Assembly (NCBI RefSeq): GCF_000143415.4
Contig: NW_003314386.1
Coordinates: forward strand, 351,895 to 415,894
DNA length: 64,000 nucleotides
DNA from: Selaginella moellendorffii
Lineage: Eukaryota > Plantae > Lycopodiophyta
Direction: 5' to 3'
In this document: positions 36,811 through 48,854 of the stretch, piece by piece
Numbering within the stretch: the stretch's first letter is position 1
Layout: the number at the start of each line of letters is the position of its first letter
The notes under the pieces: generated by a model
Seen by the model: the letters and a program-made list of their open reading frames with translations, nothing else
What the model was told of the DNA's origin: nothing
Database searches by the model: none
Made by a program: the position numbers and the translations under genes

Positions 36811-38253
36811 CGCGGTCGCGCTTACCTCTCCATCTTGCTTAAACCCTAAAATTCGAGCTCCATGTGTGCCCTAACTAGGGTTTTAAAATCAACGGTCACG
36901 AGAGAGTCTTCTCTGGATTCGGCTACGTCGTCACCATCGATACCTTGACAATCGAGAGGAGAACGTACCTTCCATTTTTTTAACCTTGTCGTGGAGCTAC
37001 AGGCCAACCCTTCGTGCCTCCATGCCACCCAATGCCAATCTGTCATATACGTGATTGCATTGGCAGCTATGGTTGGTGATGTGGCTCCATGATTGAATTT
37101 TAAACCCCAAAACCACCGCGCCAACCAAAATGGCCCAAATCAAAAGGCATGGAATGATCTCAAATAATAGATTCCGCGAACTACTGTTTGGCTTGGCCCT
37201 CTTCTAGAAAGTTGGCGAGCATAGCAAAGGCAAGTGTGTTTCTAGGTGTCTAGGGCACACCATACCAGCTGCTGAGTGTGAGATCTCACCAAGAGCCCTA
37301 AACTTTTTTTTTGCCGGTGGTGGAGTTGGGAGAACTGGCCCATTTGGGGCGCACGTCACCAATGTGGACGTTCTGCCTGTCATGACGTCCTGGGTAGCGT
37401 CGTTTGCCCGGTGGTTTAAGTGTCAGGCCACGTTTGGCCGTTTGTGTTACCCGGCGGTAAAAGTGGTAAAGGTCCGGCGGCGGACATTCCGTCACACTGG
37501 GGTGTCAGCAGACGAACATTCCGTCCGGCGGGAAATGGGGGAAAACGAGAGGTTTTACGCGGAGACGCTGGACATTCCGGCGTGGAATGGCCAGCGAAAT
37601 GGACATGGGCATGAGCAGAGAGAGAAGGGGAGGGAGGAGCCTAGAAGGGAGGATTAGAAAAACGCGATGAATTGGGAGGAGAGATCCCTTCTGGAGGTTG
37701 GCCAATTGGGCCCAAGCGACGATCCACGCGATCGCGACGCCATCGCCCATCCACACCATCACAAGTTTGAAGATTTCTCGCTCGCGATTGCGCCTGTTGG
37801 TGGAGGCGGTAGTAGTAGTCGTCACTGGTACAGAGGAGTAGTAATTAGAAGGAAAGGAGGAAGAATTGCGATGGAAGGAAGGCGCTAGCTGACCTGAGAG
37901 GAATGATGGTGAGCGAGTAGAAGAGTGAGTGCCTTGGAAATCCAAGCTAGCTTCTCCTTCTCCTTCTCTTCTCCTTGTTCTTGGGGAATTCGCTGGAATT
38001 CGAGCTTCGATCCCGCATTCCAGATCGCCCACCAAAGGATCCAGCATTCAAAACTCGCCAGGGACGCGGAATTCGCGCCGTGTTTCCTCGAGCACTCTTT
38101 CGGCTGCTCTGCAAAGCTGTGGCTTTCCTTTTGACGCCCAAAAATCTGGAACAGGACGAAAAGAATGAGGAGCTTTTCAAAAGCTGGATGATCTGAAAAG
38201 GAGGAAAAGAGAGCAGGAAAATCGAAAGAAGAGAGGAATTTGTCTCGCTCACC

Positions 38254-40225
38254 ATGCCAAGTCTGATCTCAATCGCCGCTCCACAGGTGGATGAATTCAT
38301 CACCTCCCCGAAGAAGCTCAAAGCCGCGGCAATTCGGCACAGCAGGAACTCCCGGTTGTGGAGAAGGATTCAAAGCACCACGCTGTGGCTCTTCCTCATC
38401 GTCAGCTTCACGCTCTTGACCATGATCAAGTCGGTCGTCATCTGGCATCCGGGAAACCTCCTCAAAAATCCATGTCAAACGGTAAGAACCATCTATGGAA
38501 TTCACCGGCGATTGATCACGGAGAACCTCAACCTCGATCTCGCGAGCCACCGGCGGCCTCAGCAGCAATTGCCGCTGATGATCCTCCCTCTCAAGCCGCA
38601 CGAATTGCCCAAGAACTTGAGCGATTCGGAGAGGGAGTTTTGGAAGCAGCCCAACGATCTCGGGTACCGACCGTGCCTGGAGATCAGCAAGGAATATGCT
38701 CAGGCATCTAGCGCGATCATCCGGCAGAGGAGGAAGTATCTCATGGTGGTCGTGAACGGAGGATTGAATCAACAGAGGAACCAGATCGTCGACGCCGTGC
38801 TCATCGCCAGGATTCTCGAGGCCGCGCTTGTGATTCCAGTGCTGCAAGTCAACCAGATTTGGGGCGATGAGAGGTAGGCGCTAGCAAAAAATCTTTGACA
38901 AAATTTCCCACCAAAGAAGCTTTTCCATCGCAGCGAATTCTCGGAGATATTCGATGTGGAGCACTTCAAGAGGATCTTGAGAGACGACATCAGGATCGTC
39001 TCGTCGCTCCCATCTACGCACGTCGTGGCGAGGCCAGCGGTGGAGAGCAATATGCCGCTACACGCAAGCCCTGACTGGATTAAATCGCACTACACCCGAA
39101 AGGTAGGCCAAATTCAAGCCAAGAAATCGATGCTTGGATGTTTACCGATCGACATTTTCCAGCTCCGCCGCGACGGCGTGCTGCTGCTACGCGGAATGGA
39201 CTCGCGCCTTTCCCATGATCTCCCGTCCGACCTCCAGAAGCTCAAATGCAAGGTAAGAGCCCTAACCCTAGAAACGAGAATTCTGGCGGGAGCTTTAAAT
39301 TTGAAACCTTTTAGGCGGCATTCCATGCGCTGAGATTCGCGCCGTCGCTGCAAGCTCTCGGGGAGAAGCTCGCGAGGAGGATGTGGGAAGAAGGGCCTTT
39401 CGTGGCGCTCCATTTGAGGCTGGAGAAGGATGTGTGGGTGAGAACTGGATGCCTGCCGGGATTGAGCGCTGAATTGGACGAAGAAATCCGGATCGCCAGG
39501 ATCAAAAGCCCCCAATTGCTCACCTCGCGATCCAACATGACTTTCGAGGAGCGACGTAAGCAGGGACTCTGTCCCCTCACTGCGCATGAGATCGCAAGGT
39601 AATAGGAAAAGTACGATTTCAATTGATCGATCAATTGCGATGGCAGGACATTGAGAGCACTGGGGGCGAATTCAAGGACTCGGGTATTCTGGGCTGGAGG
39701 AGAGGCATTTGGAGGATCTAAATCGCTGGAGCCACTGAGGGCAGAGTTCCCGCTTCTCTACGACAAATTCTCCATTGCTGAGCCATGGGAGATGGAGCCA
39801 TTCAGGGAAAAAGCTTCGAGCTTGGCCGCGATTGATTATATCATCACCCTCAACAGTGATGTCTTCATCCCCTCCCATGGTGGAAACATGGGCCACGCTC
39901 TCCGGGTAAGCAAAAACAAGGTTTTAGTTCTCTCCAAAGTTCTTCAAAAACATGATCTCACAAAATTTCTCTTGACTGCCAGGGTCATCGAGCATACGTT
40001 GGTCATCGCAAGTACATCACGCCACAAAAGAGAGATTTGATCCAGCTGTTTCTCAATTCAAGCTCCATGCGCGAGGAAGAGATAAATGATGAGATCAAGA
40101 GGCTCCACTCTGAGGCCAATGGAAGACCCCAGCTTAGAATGGAGAAACCAACTAGGGATGTGCTCGGTTACCCTGTACCTGAGTGTATGTGCCGCTCATC
40201 AAGAACTTGGCATGCTGTTGTTTAG
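38254..40225 (+). CDS. GDP-fucose O-fucosyltransferase family (DUF246) type II membrane protein
   Basis: N-terminal TM; YLMVVVNGGLNQQRNQIVDAVLIARIL, EFSEIFDVEHF, ALHLRLEKD, GLCPLT, AAIDY, GGNMG, PECMC. Short GT-AG introns. Confidence 0.93.
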
Positions 40226-42539
40226 AAGTTTTTCTAAGAATTTCTTCCAAAAAAGTCATTTTTGTGAATTTAAGTTGGTCATCGGGTTGGGTGACTTCGT
40301 AGGAAGTACAGTTTTTTAAATGAATTTTATCAGAGAAAAGCAATATAACTTTTTGTGACATTGGTTTGGCATATATCCAGTTTGTTTTTATCCATGATTG
40401 TTCTCAACACCCACCCGAAGAGCCAGAGACATAAGAAATGTCGATGTCTGGAGATACAAAAAAAACCAAGCAAATAAAGTTAGTAACTATAAATAGGACA
40501 AATATGCCAAATTGATTGTTAGTATTTGCTTTGAACCTCTTCACGAAGTCATTCTCAAAGGTTGGGAGCACTTTTCTTCACACCACAAAGCCTCTTCCAC
40601 AGCGTATAAATTTTACTACTGCTGCTACAAAGCTTGATGTAAAACCTAATCAACCATCAGCCTTTCTTCAGATCATCTTGGAAAGGAGATTCTTTGCTAC
40701 AAAGAAGAAAAGACCAATCAAGGATGCCCCATATCACACAAGATTAACTAGCATCTTATAAAAAATCGCCTGGACTAGCACAGATTCTATACATTAGGGC
40801 ATGTTGCAATTGAAATATGCATTCAAGCCATAATAATTGAGAGATGCATGCAGAGGAGAGAGATTCTCACAATTAAAAAATAAAAAATTACACTTAGTAT
40901 GATGAAAAAAAAACTAGAGTTATACTCATGGATATATAGCATATCCCATAACAAAAATATTATGCACACAAACACGCATAATATTTTTGCATACAACTTT
41001 AAACAAATATATATATTCGTACATGTGTAAATATATAATACTCTCATACATAATCATTGCCATATTTATTTGATTTCAAAATATTTATAGTGGATATAAA
41101 TACTATTAAGTGATTGATAATTGTAACTCTGTTATTTCCAGCCCGTTCTGGCCAGATCCAGTTCCTAAACTAAAAAAGAATCCACCATCACCAACAGCAT
41201 GAAAACCATGCTCCATATGATTAGAAAAATGGGATTGATGGCGCTCTTTCAACACTAATTAGACCATACTTTTTCTAATCAGGCAGTTTTATTCACGCGC
41301 TTAAAGATCAATTTACTCCTGGAACATGAAGCGCAGCCCTTTGCGACGGCAAGTGCATCGCTCACGTCCTTGAAAGCCACTGCCGGGACGACAAACACAA
41401 GAACACAGACGAAAGCTAAAAGCCGATTATATAGAAACAAAAATTCCTTTCTCGGCGCTTACCTGGACAATCCGCAGACCTCTGGTGGTAGCGAAGCCCA
41501 TCTAAAGAACAGAGAAAGAATGAAGAAGGCACATTTTTTATCTGGCCAGATGCCAAAGTTGCCGTGAGCCTGACAAGAGAGAGAATGCGTCGCTTGAGGT
41601 AAGCTTGCCACCTCTGGGAGCCCCCTGACGCTCTTGATCGCTATAAGAGGAATTGGTGATTGGTTTCTTTATCTTTGCACGATGCACCTTCCAGTCCCCT
41701 TGCAAACTTCAGCATTGTCCCCTTGCATCCAGGCAGCAACACCATGTGGTGGTGAGGATGCGCATTTCCGATGGATTGATCGGCAGCGCGATTGAAGTAA
41801 ACGCATTTCTTTCCGCCCAGGATAGTAGCCTGGAGCGAGGATCACGCTCGAGAAGAACAGCGGGAACACGGGAAGATAAGTTATCGGGCCAGCAATCCTT
41901 ATGTTCGTACTTCTCATCGGTGCCACAGCACACACAGGACCGTGACGTGAGCTCAAAGCAGTGTGATATGATGAACATTCCAGACATGACAATCACAAGA
42001 GACAACTCGATTGTCTTTTTCTTTTTCCGAGTCCTCGAGTTCTTAACGTCTTTCCTTTTTTCGATCTAGTTTCCTTCAATCAATTGCGTCTGCTTTGACT
42101 GATTTGAGTCCTTTTTGTGTTTGATCCAGATTGGGAACCCAAGTTTTGGAATCGATGCTGACTGATGCAGCAACTAATGCCCAGTTTAGTAGAGAATAAA
42201 GGAGAGGCATATTTGCGCGGAATATTCGTGCAGCCACAGTGTTTTCTGTTGCCTTTGGAAACGTGGACTTGGGCTACGCTGCGGTATAATAAAGGAATGG
42301 TGTGCTTCTTTAAAATCTAGTCCTTGTGCATACAATGTCCATAGCACCATAATTCACTTAGCAATTGATCAAACAAATTCGTTTCTTAAACCATATCAGC
42401 TAAAGGTAACTTCAATTTCCGTTCCCTAAAAGATATGCGCAAAAGCACGGGCATTGGAAGAGGTCCTTCTTCTTAGATCCCTTCCCTCTTGTCGCAATTA
42501 GATGGAAAGAAGCAGTAGATAAGACTATATGGTATCTGT

Positions 42540-42800
42540 GTGATCCAGTTAGCATCTCTTTGATGCAAATCCCACAAAGAACATCTCCTGGCCCACGATG
42601 ATCACAGGCTATGCAATGCATGCTCGAGAGAAAAAACGAGATTGCATAACAACTCCTGCCTGAAATCTCCCATTTGACTTGTTTGACGTTATACAGACCT
42701 TGACGATGGGACCAACGTGTACGAAGCAATGACCACTGGCCCAATCGCTACCTCGCCAACCCGCTCGTCCAGATGTACGGAAGGTGTGGCCCGGGCCGGT
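42540..42800 (+). pseudogene. Degenerate PPR fragments
   Basis: ISWPTMITGYAMH and NRYLANPLVQMYGRCG occur in broken frames. Confidence 0.6.
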
Positions 42801-43028
42801 GAAGTGGCTCATCGATTGGATCTTAGTGTATGGGACCATCGCATGGAGTATGAGAGCGACGACTCTCACCGACTATGTCAAGAACATGCTCACACTGGAA
42901 TAGCCCTAAGAAAGAAAAAGAATAAACAAAAAATAACTGAAAAAAAACACTGATAAAGGTGTTTATTTCCTTAAATCGTCGTTCCCTTTTCTTATGTTGT
43001 ATATAATTCTAGGGAAGGGAAGAGAAGG

Positions 43029-43553
43029 ATGGCAATGGGTAAACGGGCGGCAGCGAGGGCGGCGATAGTATTCTTGGTGCTTGTCGTGACGCAGGCATGC
43101 GGACGTGATTACTGCTCTCTCCGCCAGGCGCGCGGCTGCGGGAACGGCACTGTTGAGGTCGAGCATGCTATGAGCGCGCACAAGTGCTTCATAGCCGATA
43201 CGGTTGTAGCTGCCACGCTCACAGATGTGCGCCGCCTCCCCAACTCGTATCTCATCCTTTTGGAGATGCCGGGCGTGACGAGCAGCAGCGATGTCAAGGT
43301 GGCGGTCTCGGGCTCTCAATTCCATCGAGTCGTGTCCATCGTTGGGATCTCTCACGAGGCGAAAGAGCGTCGCATCCTCAGGGATCGTGGCGCCTTCACC
43401 AAGATGTTTGCGCGAGAGTTTGTGCTCCCCGATGCAGTGGACGCGGAGAGGATAAGCTACCAGCTTCGCAGTGGTCTCTTGCGGGTGACGCTGCCGCTTG
43501 TCCCAGGGCTGGAGCAGCAAGAGCAGCGAGAACAAGTTGTGGAGGAGGAGTAA
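43029..43553 (+). CDS. Signal-peptide-bearing single alpha-crystallin-domain (HSP20-like) protein, family copy A
   Basis: 174-aa ORF with a signal peptide, a Cys motif and one ACD (YLILLEMPGV...FAREFVLPDAVDAERISYQLRSGLLRVTLP). TATATAA at about 43000. It is an inverted partial duplicate of 44866-45930. Confidence 0.75.
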   Translation: MAMGKRAAARAAIVFLVLVVTQACGRDYCSLRQARGCGNGTVEVEHAMSAHKCFIADTVVAATLTDVRRLPNSYLILLEMPGVTSSSDVKVAVSGSQFHRVVSIVGISHEAKERRILRDRGAFTKMFAREFVLPDAVDAERISYQLRSGLLRVTLPLVPGLEQQEQREQVVEEE

Positions 43554-43719
43554 CAGATGGGTGAGGTCGAGATATTATTTCACGGAAATTAAGTAGTTAA
43601 CTGGGATAGGAAATGTTCATAGACATAAATGTACATTTTGGGGAGTGAAGTTTGCTCCACCGGCATATGTAACCTCTTAACCAGGGTATTTAAATGCCTA
43701 ATGCCGCTGTTCTAAGCGC

Positions 43720-44095
43720 TGCCAAAGATCGAGGAGCGGGAAGCAACGTTCCCGTGCGCTCTCATGGCGCTGACGAGCAACAAGCGAGGGGACATGGACA
43801 AGATTTACGAGCTTCGGGACACGGGATATGTTTGATGAGATGCTCGTTTTGATGGAGTCTTACGCAGCTCCAATTCTCCAAGGTAAAATGATTCTTGAGC
43901 TTCAATCATTCGCAGGAGTTTTACGAGACTAAAGCAGCGGCGTGTTGTTCGTGTTGTCTTGGGAAAACATTGCTATGACAGTTTCGGAAGATCACGACCT
44001 TTGCTGGAGGAAATTGTAACAGCGCAGCTCTTGGTAAGCGTTGAGCTTTCCTTTTACGTAGCAGCTTTTCTATGATAATTGTCAACGAGGTCTGC
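43720..44095 (+). repeat. Left arm of an inverted repeat (partner about 48855-49260) containing an EF-Tu gene fragment
   Basis: Matches the reverse complement of 48855-49260, for example caggagttttacgagactaaagcagcggcg and ttgagctttccttttacgtag. Confidence 0.85.
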
Positions 44096-44319
44096 TTTAG
44101 TAGATTGGAGATGAGACTTTCATCTTATGGCGATGAGGCATTCAGAAGCTTCTGGAGCTCTGATCATGCAAGTGTTTTAAGCTTTCTTTGGTGTTTGCTC
44201 AGGTACTTAAAGTCTTTTTGCAAGTGTTTTCTCACCTTTCTTGGTTCCAAATTTTACCTCGCTTTGCCACTGGTATGTATGTCTCTTTGCGGCTACAAGC
44301 GCGTCCAGGAGAGATTTCT

Positions 44320-46260
44320 CGAGAAACACATGTCCGAGAGAATAGGAAGAGTCCTCAAGGAAGAGCTGCAGCAGCAGTGACAGCCTCTTCCTTTTCGATT
44401 CGTGCCACAGATATTGGACAGCAGCACATCTCCGGACTTATGACTGATGCCTGGTTTGCAGCGTGCTTGGCGAGCTGGATATCACTTTGCATGATCCGAG
44501 GAGTGTTTGCCACGCCAAGCTCAGCTGTCGGGCGTCTTGCTGCTGCCCGGCTCTTGCGAAGAATCGACCATGCAGTAGAAGAGGTTGGATCAGTCGGATC
44601 TCATCTGATAGACCTCTCTCCCTCGAGCTGCATCGACTGGAAGAGCGAGATAGCCGGGTTCCTGTTGGCCATGGCCTCGAAAGTTCTCTCATCATCGAGA
44701 AGAAATCCTGGAAGCATATTCGAAGAGCAAGCTGTAAACATTTATGAGGTCTGCAATAATAAACTTCAACAAATAACTTTTATAAAACTAAGAAGCAGCA
44801 ATTTAAATGTGATTTTGATTCTTGATTATGATGAAGGTTTTACAGCGTATACTGTGTCTACATATTTACCTGAAACAATACTTCGCCCTCATCCTCCCAA
44901 ACTGAACACCTTGGCATATGAAATGCTCTAACGCTTTATTCCATAGGCCCGCTATCCTTTGCCCGAGGCTTGGAACATGTTTGGGTAGCGTCACCTTGAG
45001 AAGCCCATCACTGAGATGATATGTTGCCACATCCTGCACGACACCGCGGGGGAAGTAAAGCCTGCGAGCAAACACTTTGGTGCTCGCTCCGCCCCGCTCC
45101 ACTCTCACCGCTTCTCCGCCATCATCTTCGTCTCGAGCAACGCCAGTGATCTCGAGCACAAAGCCCGACTTGTCCTCCACCCAAGCGATGTCCACGGTGG
45201 CCAACTGCGCGCCTGGCATCTCCGCGACGACCACATACGAGCCTGGACGATCCAAGATGTCCACCAATGGAGAGATGGTGACGACGCTTGAGTCGTCACC
45301 ACAATCATCTGCGTCGTTGGAGGCGAGAGCTTCAGGCCGAATGAGCCCGGCCGCGTCTGAAATGGTGCACGAGGCCGGAGGAACACGCGCGGCAGGCACC
45401 GCAAGGTACTCCTCCTCCTCCACAACTTGTTGTCGCTGCTCTCGCCCTGTTTGCTCCAGCCCTGGGACAAGCGGCAGCGTCACCCGCAAGAGACCACTGT
45501 GAAGCTGGTAGCTTATCCTTTCCGCGTCCACTGCATCGGGGAGCACAAACTCTCGCGCAAACATCTTGGTGAAGGCACCACGATCCCTGAGGATGCGACG
45601 CTCTTTCGCCTCGTGAGAGATCCCAACGATAGACACGACTCGATGGAATTGAGAGCCCGAGACCGCCACCTTGACATCGCTGCTGCTCGTCACGCCCGGC
45701 ATCTCCAAAAGGATGAGATACGAGTTGGGGAGGCGGCGCACATCTGTGAGCGTGGCAGCTACAACCGTGTCGGCTATGAAGCACTTGTGCGCGCTCATAG
45801 CGTGCTCTACCTCAACCGTGCTGTTGCCGCAGCCGCGCGCCTGGCGGAGAGAGCAGTAATCACGGCCGCACGCCTGCGCCGCGACAAGCACCAAGAATAC
45901 CATCGCCACCCTCGCTGCTGCCATCGCCATTCTTCACCCTTCTCTGCCCTAGCAACTGGACTAGGACTTATATACAAGAAAAGAAAAGGTATGAGCTCCC
46001 ACGTGGAAGGATTCGATAGCTCAAGAATTCTGAGAGTCGATCAAGGGTCAAAAACATCAAGTTAAACTAGAAACAGATCCTCACCATCTTCGTCTCCTGT
46101 TTTTGTCGACTCTTTCTTCGCTAGCGGAGAAAAAATAAATTGAAGAACGTGGTTTTCTTAATGCTCTAATCAGGAGGTGTTTAGGAAAATTTATAAATTA
46201 TTAAAAAAATTAATTTAAATGAATGCCACCCAAAAGATATACTAATGCTATTCCTTTTTG
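44320..46260. repeat. Segmental duplication unit 1 (partner about 56574-58262): GT4 3' fragment, PPR fragment, tandem-ACD gene and promoter
   Basis: Near-identical sequence to 56574-58262, differing by an internal ~270-bp inversion and indels. Confidence 0.9.
44866..45930 (-). CDS. Signal-peptide-bearing tandem (2x) alpha-crystallin-domain protein, family copy B
   Basis: 354-aa intronless ORF. Signal peptide, ACD1 as in copy A, ACD2 SPLVDILDRPGSYVVVAEMPG...ERG...FARRLYFP...LSDGLLKVTLPK. TATA at about 45970, G-box at 46000-46005. Confidence 0.85.
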   Translation of the reverse strand: MAMAAARVAMVFLVLVAAQACGRDYCSLRQARGCGNSTVEVEHAMSAHKCFIADTVVAATLTDVRRLPNSYLILLEMPGVTSSSDVKVAVSGSQFHRVVSIVGISHEAKERRILRDRGAFTKMFAREFVLPDAVDAERISYQLHSGLLRVTLPLVPGLEQTGREQRQQVVEEEEYLAVPAARVPPASCTISDAAGLIRPEALASNDADDCGDDSSVVTISPLVDILDRPGSYVVVAEMPGAQLATVDIAWVEDKSGFVLEITGVARDEDDGGEAVRVERGGASTKVFARRLYFPRGVVQDVATYHLSDGLLKVTLPKHVPSLGQRIAGLWNKALEHFICQGVQFGRMRAKYCFR

Positions 46261-46298
46261 GTTTGCTTAAGCAAACACTGAGTGGATATACCTACAAT

Positions 46299-46323
46299 AT
46301 TCTTGAATATTCTAGGATATTCT
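46299..46323. promoter_or_regulatory. Heat-shock-element-like array upstream of ACD copy B
   Basis: aTTCttGAAtaTTCtaGGAtaTTCt: three perfect alternating nGAAn units plus an extension, about 370 bp 5' of the ATG. Confidence 0.45.
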
Positions 46324-47736
46324 ACCAGCTAAAGGTTGTTATTCATTTCGATTAATTTTGTATTTATAATTTATAAGCATGTTTATAATTTATAAACTTT
46401 CTGAAACCTTTTCTTATATATTATTTTTATTTATTAATCTTGTTTACAAACATACTTATAATTATAATCTTTATTTGATCAATTGAATTAATAAGTAATA
46501 ATAACACTACTATTTAACAAACTAAATGTTGCTACATGCAACCTGTAGCAATTAAGCGCTGCCGGAATAAAGACTTGCCACCCTTTGTGAATTTGCCCCC
46601 AGCGCAATTGTCCGGATTTCTTCGTCCAAATGCACATCCTCATCAGCCAGGAGAGTGCCGCGATGCTGAAATTTGCAAGGGGAATGGAAGGTGCTCGTCC
46701 AAAGATAAAGAAGCCGATCACACCGATCCTCTACCCAGCGATCAAGGGCTGGAGTGCGCACGATTAACTTTGACCCGGTCCTCGGTCTCGGTTTTGCTCG
46801 AGAGCGTCTTTTGACTGACTGACTGCTTGTGGAGCCATCAAGAACTCATAAATCTCTCCCTCCATACTTAGGATCGAAAGAGAAGAGTTACCATTCCCGG
46901 TTCGAGTTGATCAATCTCGCTTGCGACCCTGGAAACGACGACGCACTCGATGGAAAAGAATATTGCTTCTTTCCAGGAAGAACTGGGTCTCATTGGATCA
47001 GAGCAGATGAGCTCCATTTATGGAGCTCGTCCTCTTCGGTCCCTTCTCTGTTTTACACGACCACAGCCAGGAATATCCAACTGCGCTCACTTTTGTTCGC
47101 TCTTCTTCTTCTCTTTGCGATGACAAAGCCAAAACTTGCTCCTAGGCGGTGGGGAGGGGGACTTGGACATTAGTTGCTTCACCGTGCTGGTAAGTCAGCG
47201 TCGATTCCAAACACAAAAAAGAGAGCTTTCTTTTTGGTGCAAACATCTCTCGTTGATCAGCTGCTTTGCACACCGCTGCTTCTCAATCACACTCGTCCTC
47301 CATAACCACGTCCTGTCACCCCGATACAAGAAAGGTGAAGTTAGACGAAGAGAAACTAAAGACATGTCTTCCTGTCCTCGGGCAAACTTTCCATGCCTAG
47401 AAAAATTGTTGTTGTCCAAGCAATATCTCTCAGTCACTGAAGTTCTCAAAAGGAAATCTCTTCTCTAAAAGAAAAAACCACAGACTTACCACTGGCAATG
47501 CGTCAATAGAGACTGTAGAGCGGCCGGGTGTTATAGTTTGCCGGCGTGCAAATTGCCGCTAGTCTGGCCATACACCGTGAAAAATCTCTAGCTACATTCC
47601 AATGCAAATCCCATCTATGGCGACTTACCAGGTCGGCGTCCTCGAGCCGCGAATCGTGATCCTTTGGACAGGCAATCGAATATTCTTGCTACTTGAAACC
47701 AGAGTTTTAGGGTTTTACGCCTGGGAACTTAGAAGC

Positions 47737-48159
47737 ATGGCGCTATGGAAGATCGCGGGAGGTAGTTGGAAGTCTTTTGCTTTGCGAGTTGCTGGTGTTG
47801 CTGGTGTTGCTGGCGCTGGAGTTGCCATGTACTACGGGGCTCCTAAGCTCGCATCATGTGTGGGAGAGAGCGTGATCTTGGGAAGCCAGGTGATCGGCCA
47901 GACAATGAACAAGGCTGGAGAGAGCATGGAGCGGATCTTTCAAGCTGGAGCAAGCTCTGTGGAGAAAGTGGTGCGCGTCGGGGCCGAAGCGGTCAGTGAT
48001 GGGGTCAAGGAAAGCTCCAAATCCGGCTCGGAAGCAGTGAAAGAGGCCGCGACCACTCTCGGATCGTCTTTGGAGAATGCTGCCTCCAACGTAGGCCTTG
48101 GACTCGCTGTGGCCGGACTCTTCATCGGAGCTGGGCTCGTCTTTGGGGGAAAGAAATGA
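47737..48159 (+). CDS. 140-aa Gly/Ala-rich protein with two terminal hydrophobic segments and a central amphipathic helix; function unknown
   Basis: Intact ORF with good start context (gcATGG) and a telo-box ttagggtttt about 25 bp upstream. Hydrophobic segments VAGVAGVAGAGVAMYYG and VGLGLAVAGLFIGAGLVFGGKK. Confidence 0.65.
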   Translation: MALWKIAGGSWKSFALRVAGVAGVAGAGVAMYYGAPKLASCVGESVILGSQVIGQTMNKAGESMERIFQAGASSVEKVVRVGAEAVSDGVKESSKSGSEAVKEAATTLGSSLENAASNVGLGLAVAGLFIGAGLVFGGKK

Positions 48160-48295
48160 TCGTGCCTTTCCCTTCCTCTTCTCTTTGTTTCTCTTCATCG
48201 GAGCTTTTGGGGAAAGGAATGATCGTGTCTTTCCCCTCCCTTTGTTTCCCTTCGTCGGATCTTTGGGGGATAGAAGTGCTCGTGCCTTTCCCCTC
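48119..48295 (+). repeat. Three degenerate tandem copies of a ~60-70 bp unit spanning the stop codon of the 140-aa ORF
   Basis: Unit cttc(a/g)tcgga...ttgggg(g)a..a..tg(a/c)tcgtg.ctttccc is repeated three times. Confidence 0.8.
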
Positions 48296-48854
48296 CTCCT
48301 CCTCTTTCTCTAAAGCTCAAAGCTTGGAGCTTTCCTGCCTTCTCCTCTCAATGCCCTGAGAACGAGATTCCTCGAGCTCTTGTTCGTTCTCATGTAATTT
48401 TGCTAGAGCATCAAACGAATCGAAGTTTTTGGTATGAAATTGGTCTTGTCTTGTAAAGTTGTATGGAGACGATTACTTGTGTCTTAAGATTACTGGATCA
48501 CACAGATAAACGACTGGCAGGTTTGAATTTGCTCAGCCAGAGAACGGAAGTCGTGAAAAGTTTTCGAATTCCCGATTTTCCATGCTAGTTTCTCTCAACC
48601 TGGGGGAACGAAGTTAGAAATGAACGACCAAAGCTTCGGTACCTCTCCGAGCTCGTTTTGTTTCTCTGTAACGCCCGACTTCCACGCTATAGACAATAGC
48701 CCCAACCCAAAGAAAATATACAAAGGAAAAATGAAACATACATACCAGTGGCAAACCTGTTAGCAAAAGAATGGAAGTACCTGAGCAAACACCAAAGAAA
48801 GCTTAGAACACTTACCAAAGACTCGTCTCCAATCTACCAAAGCAGCAACCATTA

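Noticed and set aside
41571-41590. tgacaagagagagaatgcg, resembling miR535
   Set aside because: Several mismatches and no hairpin; better explained as a minus-strand intron polypyrimidine tract and acceptor.
44188-44931. 247-aa plus-strand ORF
   Set aside because: Chance read-through across GT4 and antisense PPR fragments; non-ATG start and disrupted in the duplicate copy.
45860-45885. AAQACG as a bacterial lipobox in the ACD proteins
   Set aside because: A-Q-A-C does not fit [LVI][ASTVI][GAS]C, and the context is eukaryotic (TATA, G-box).
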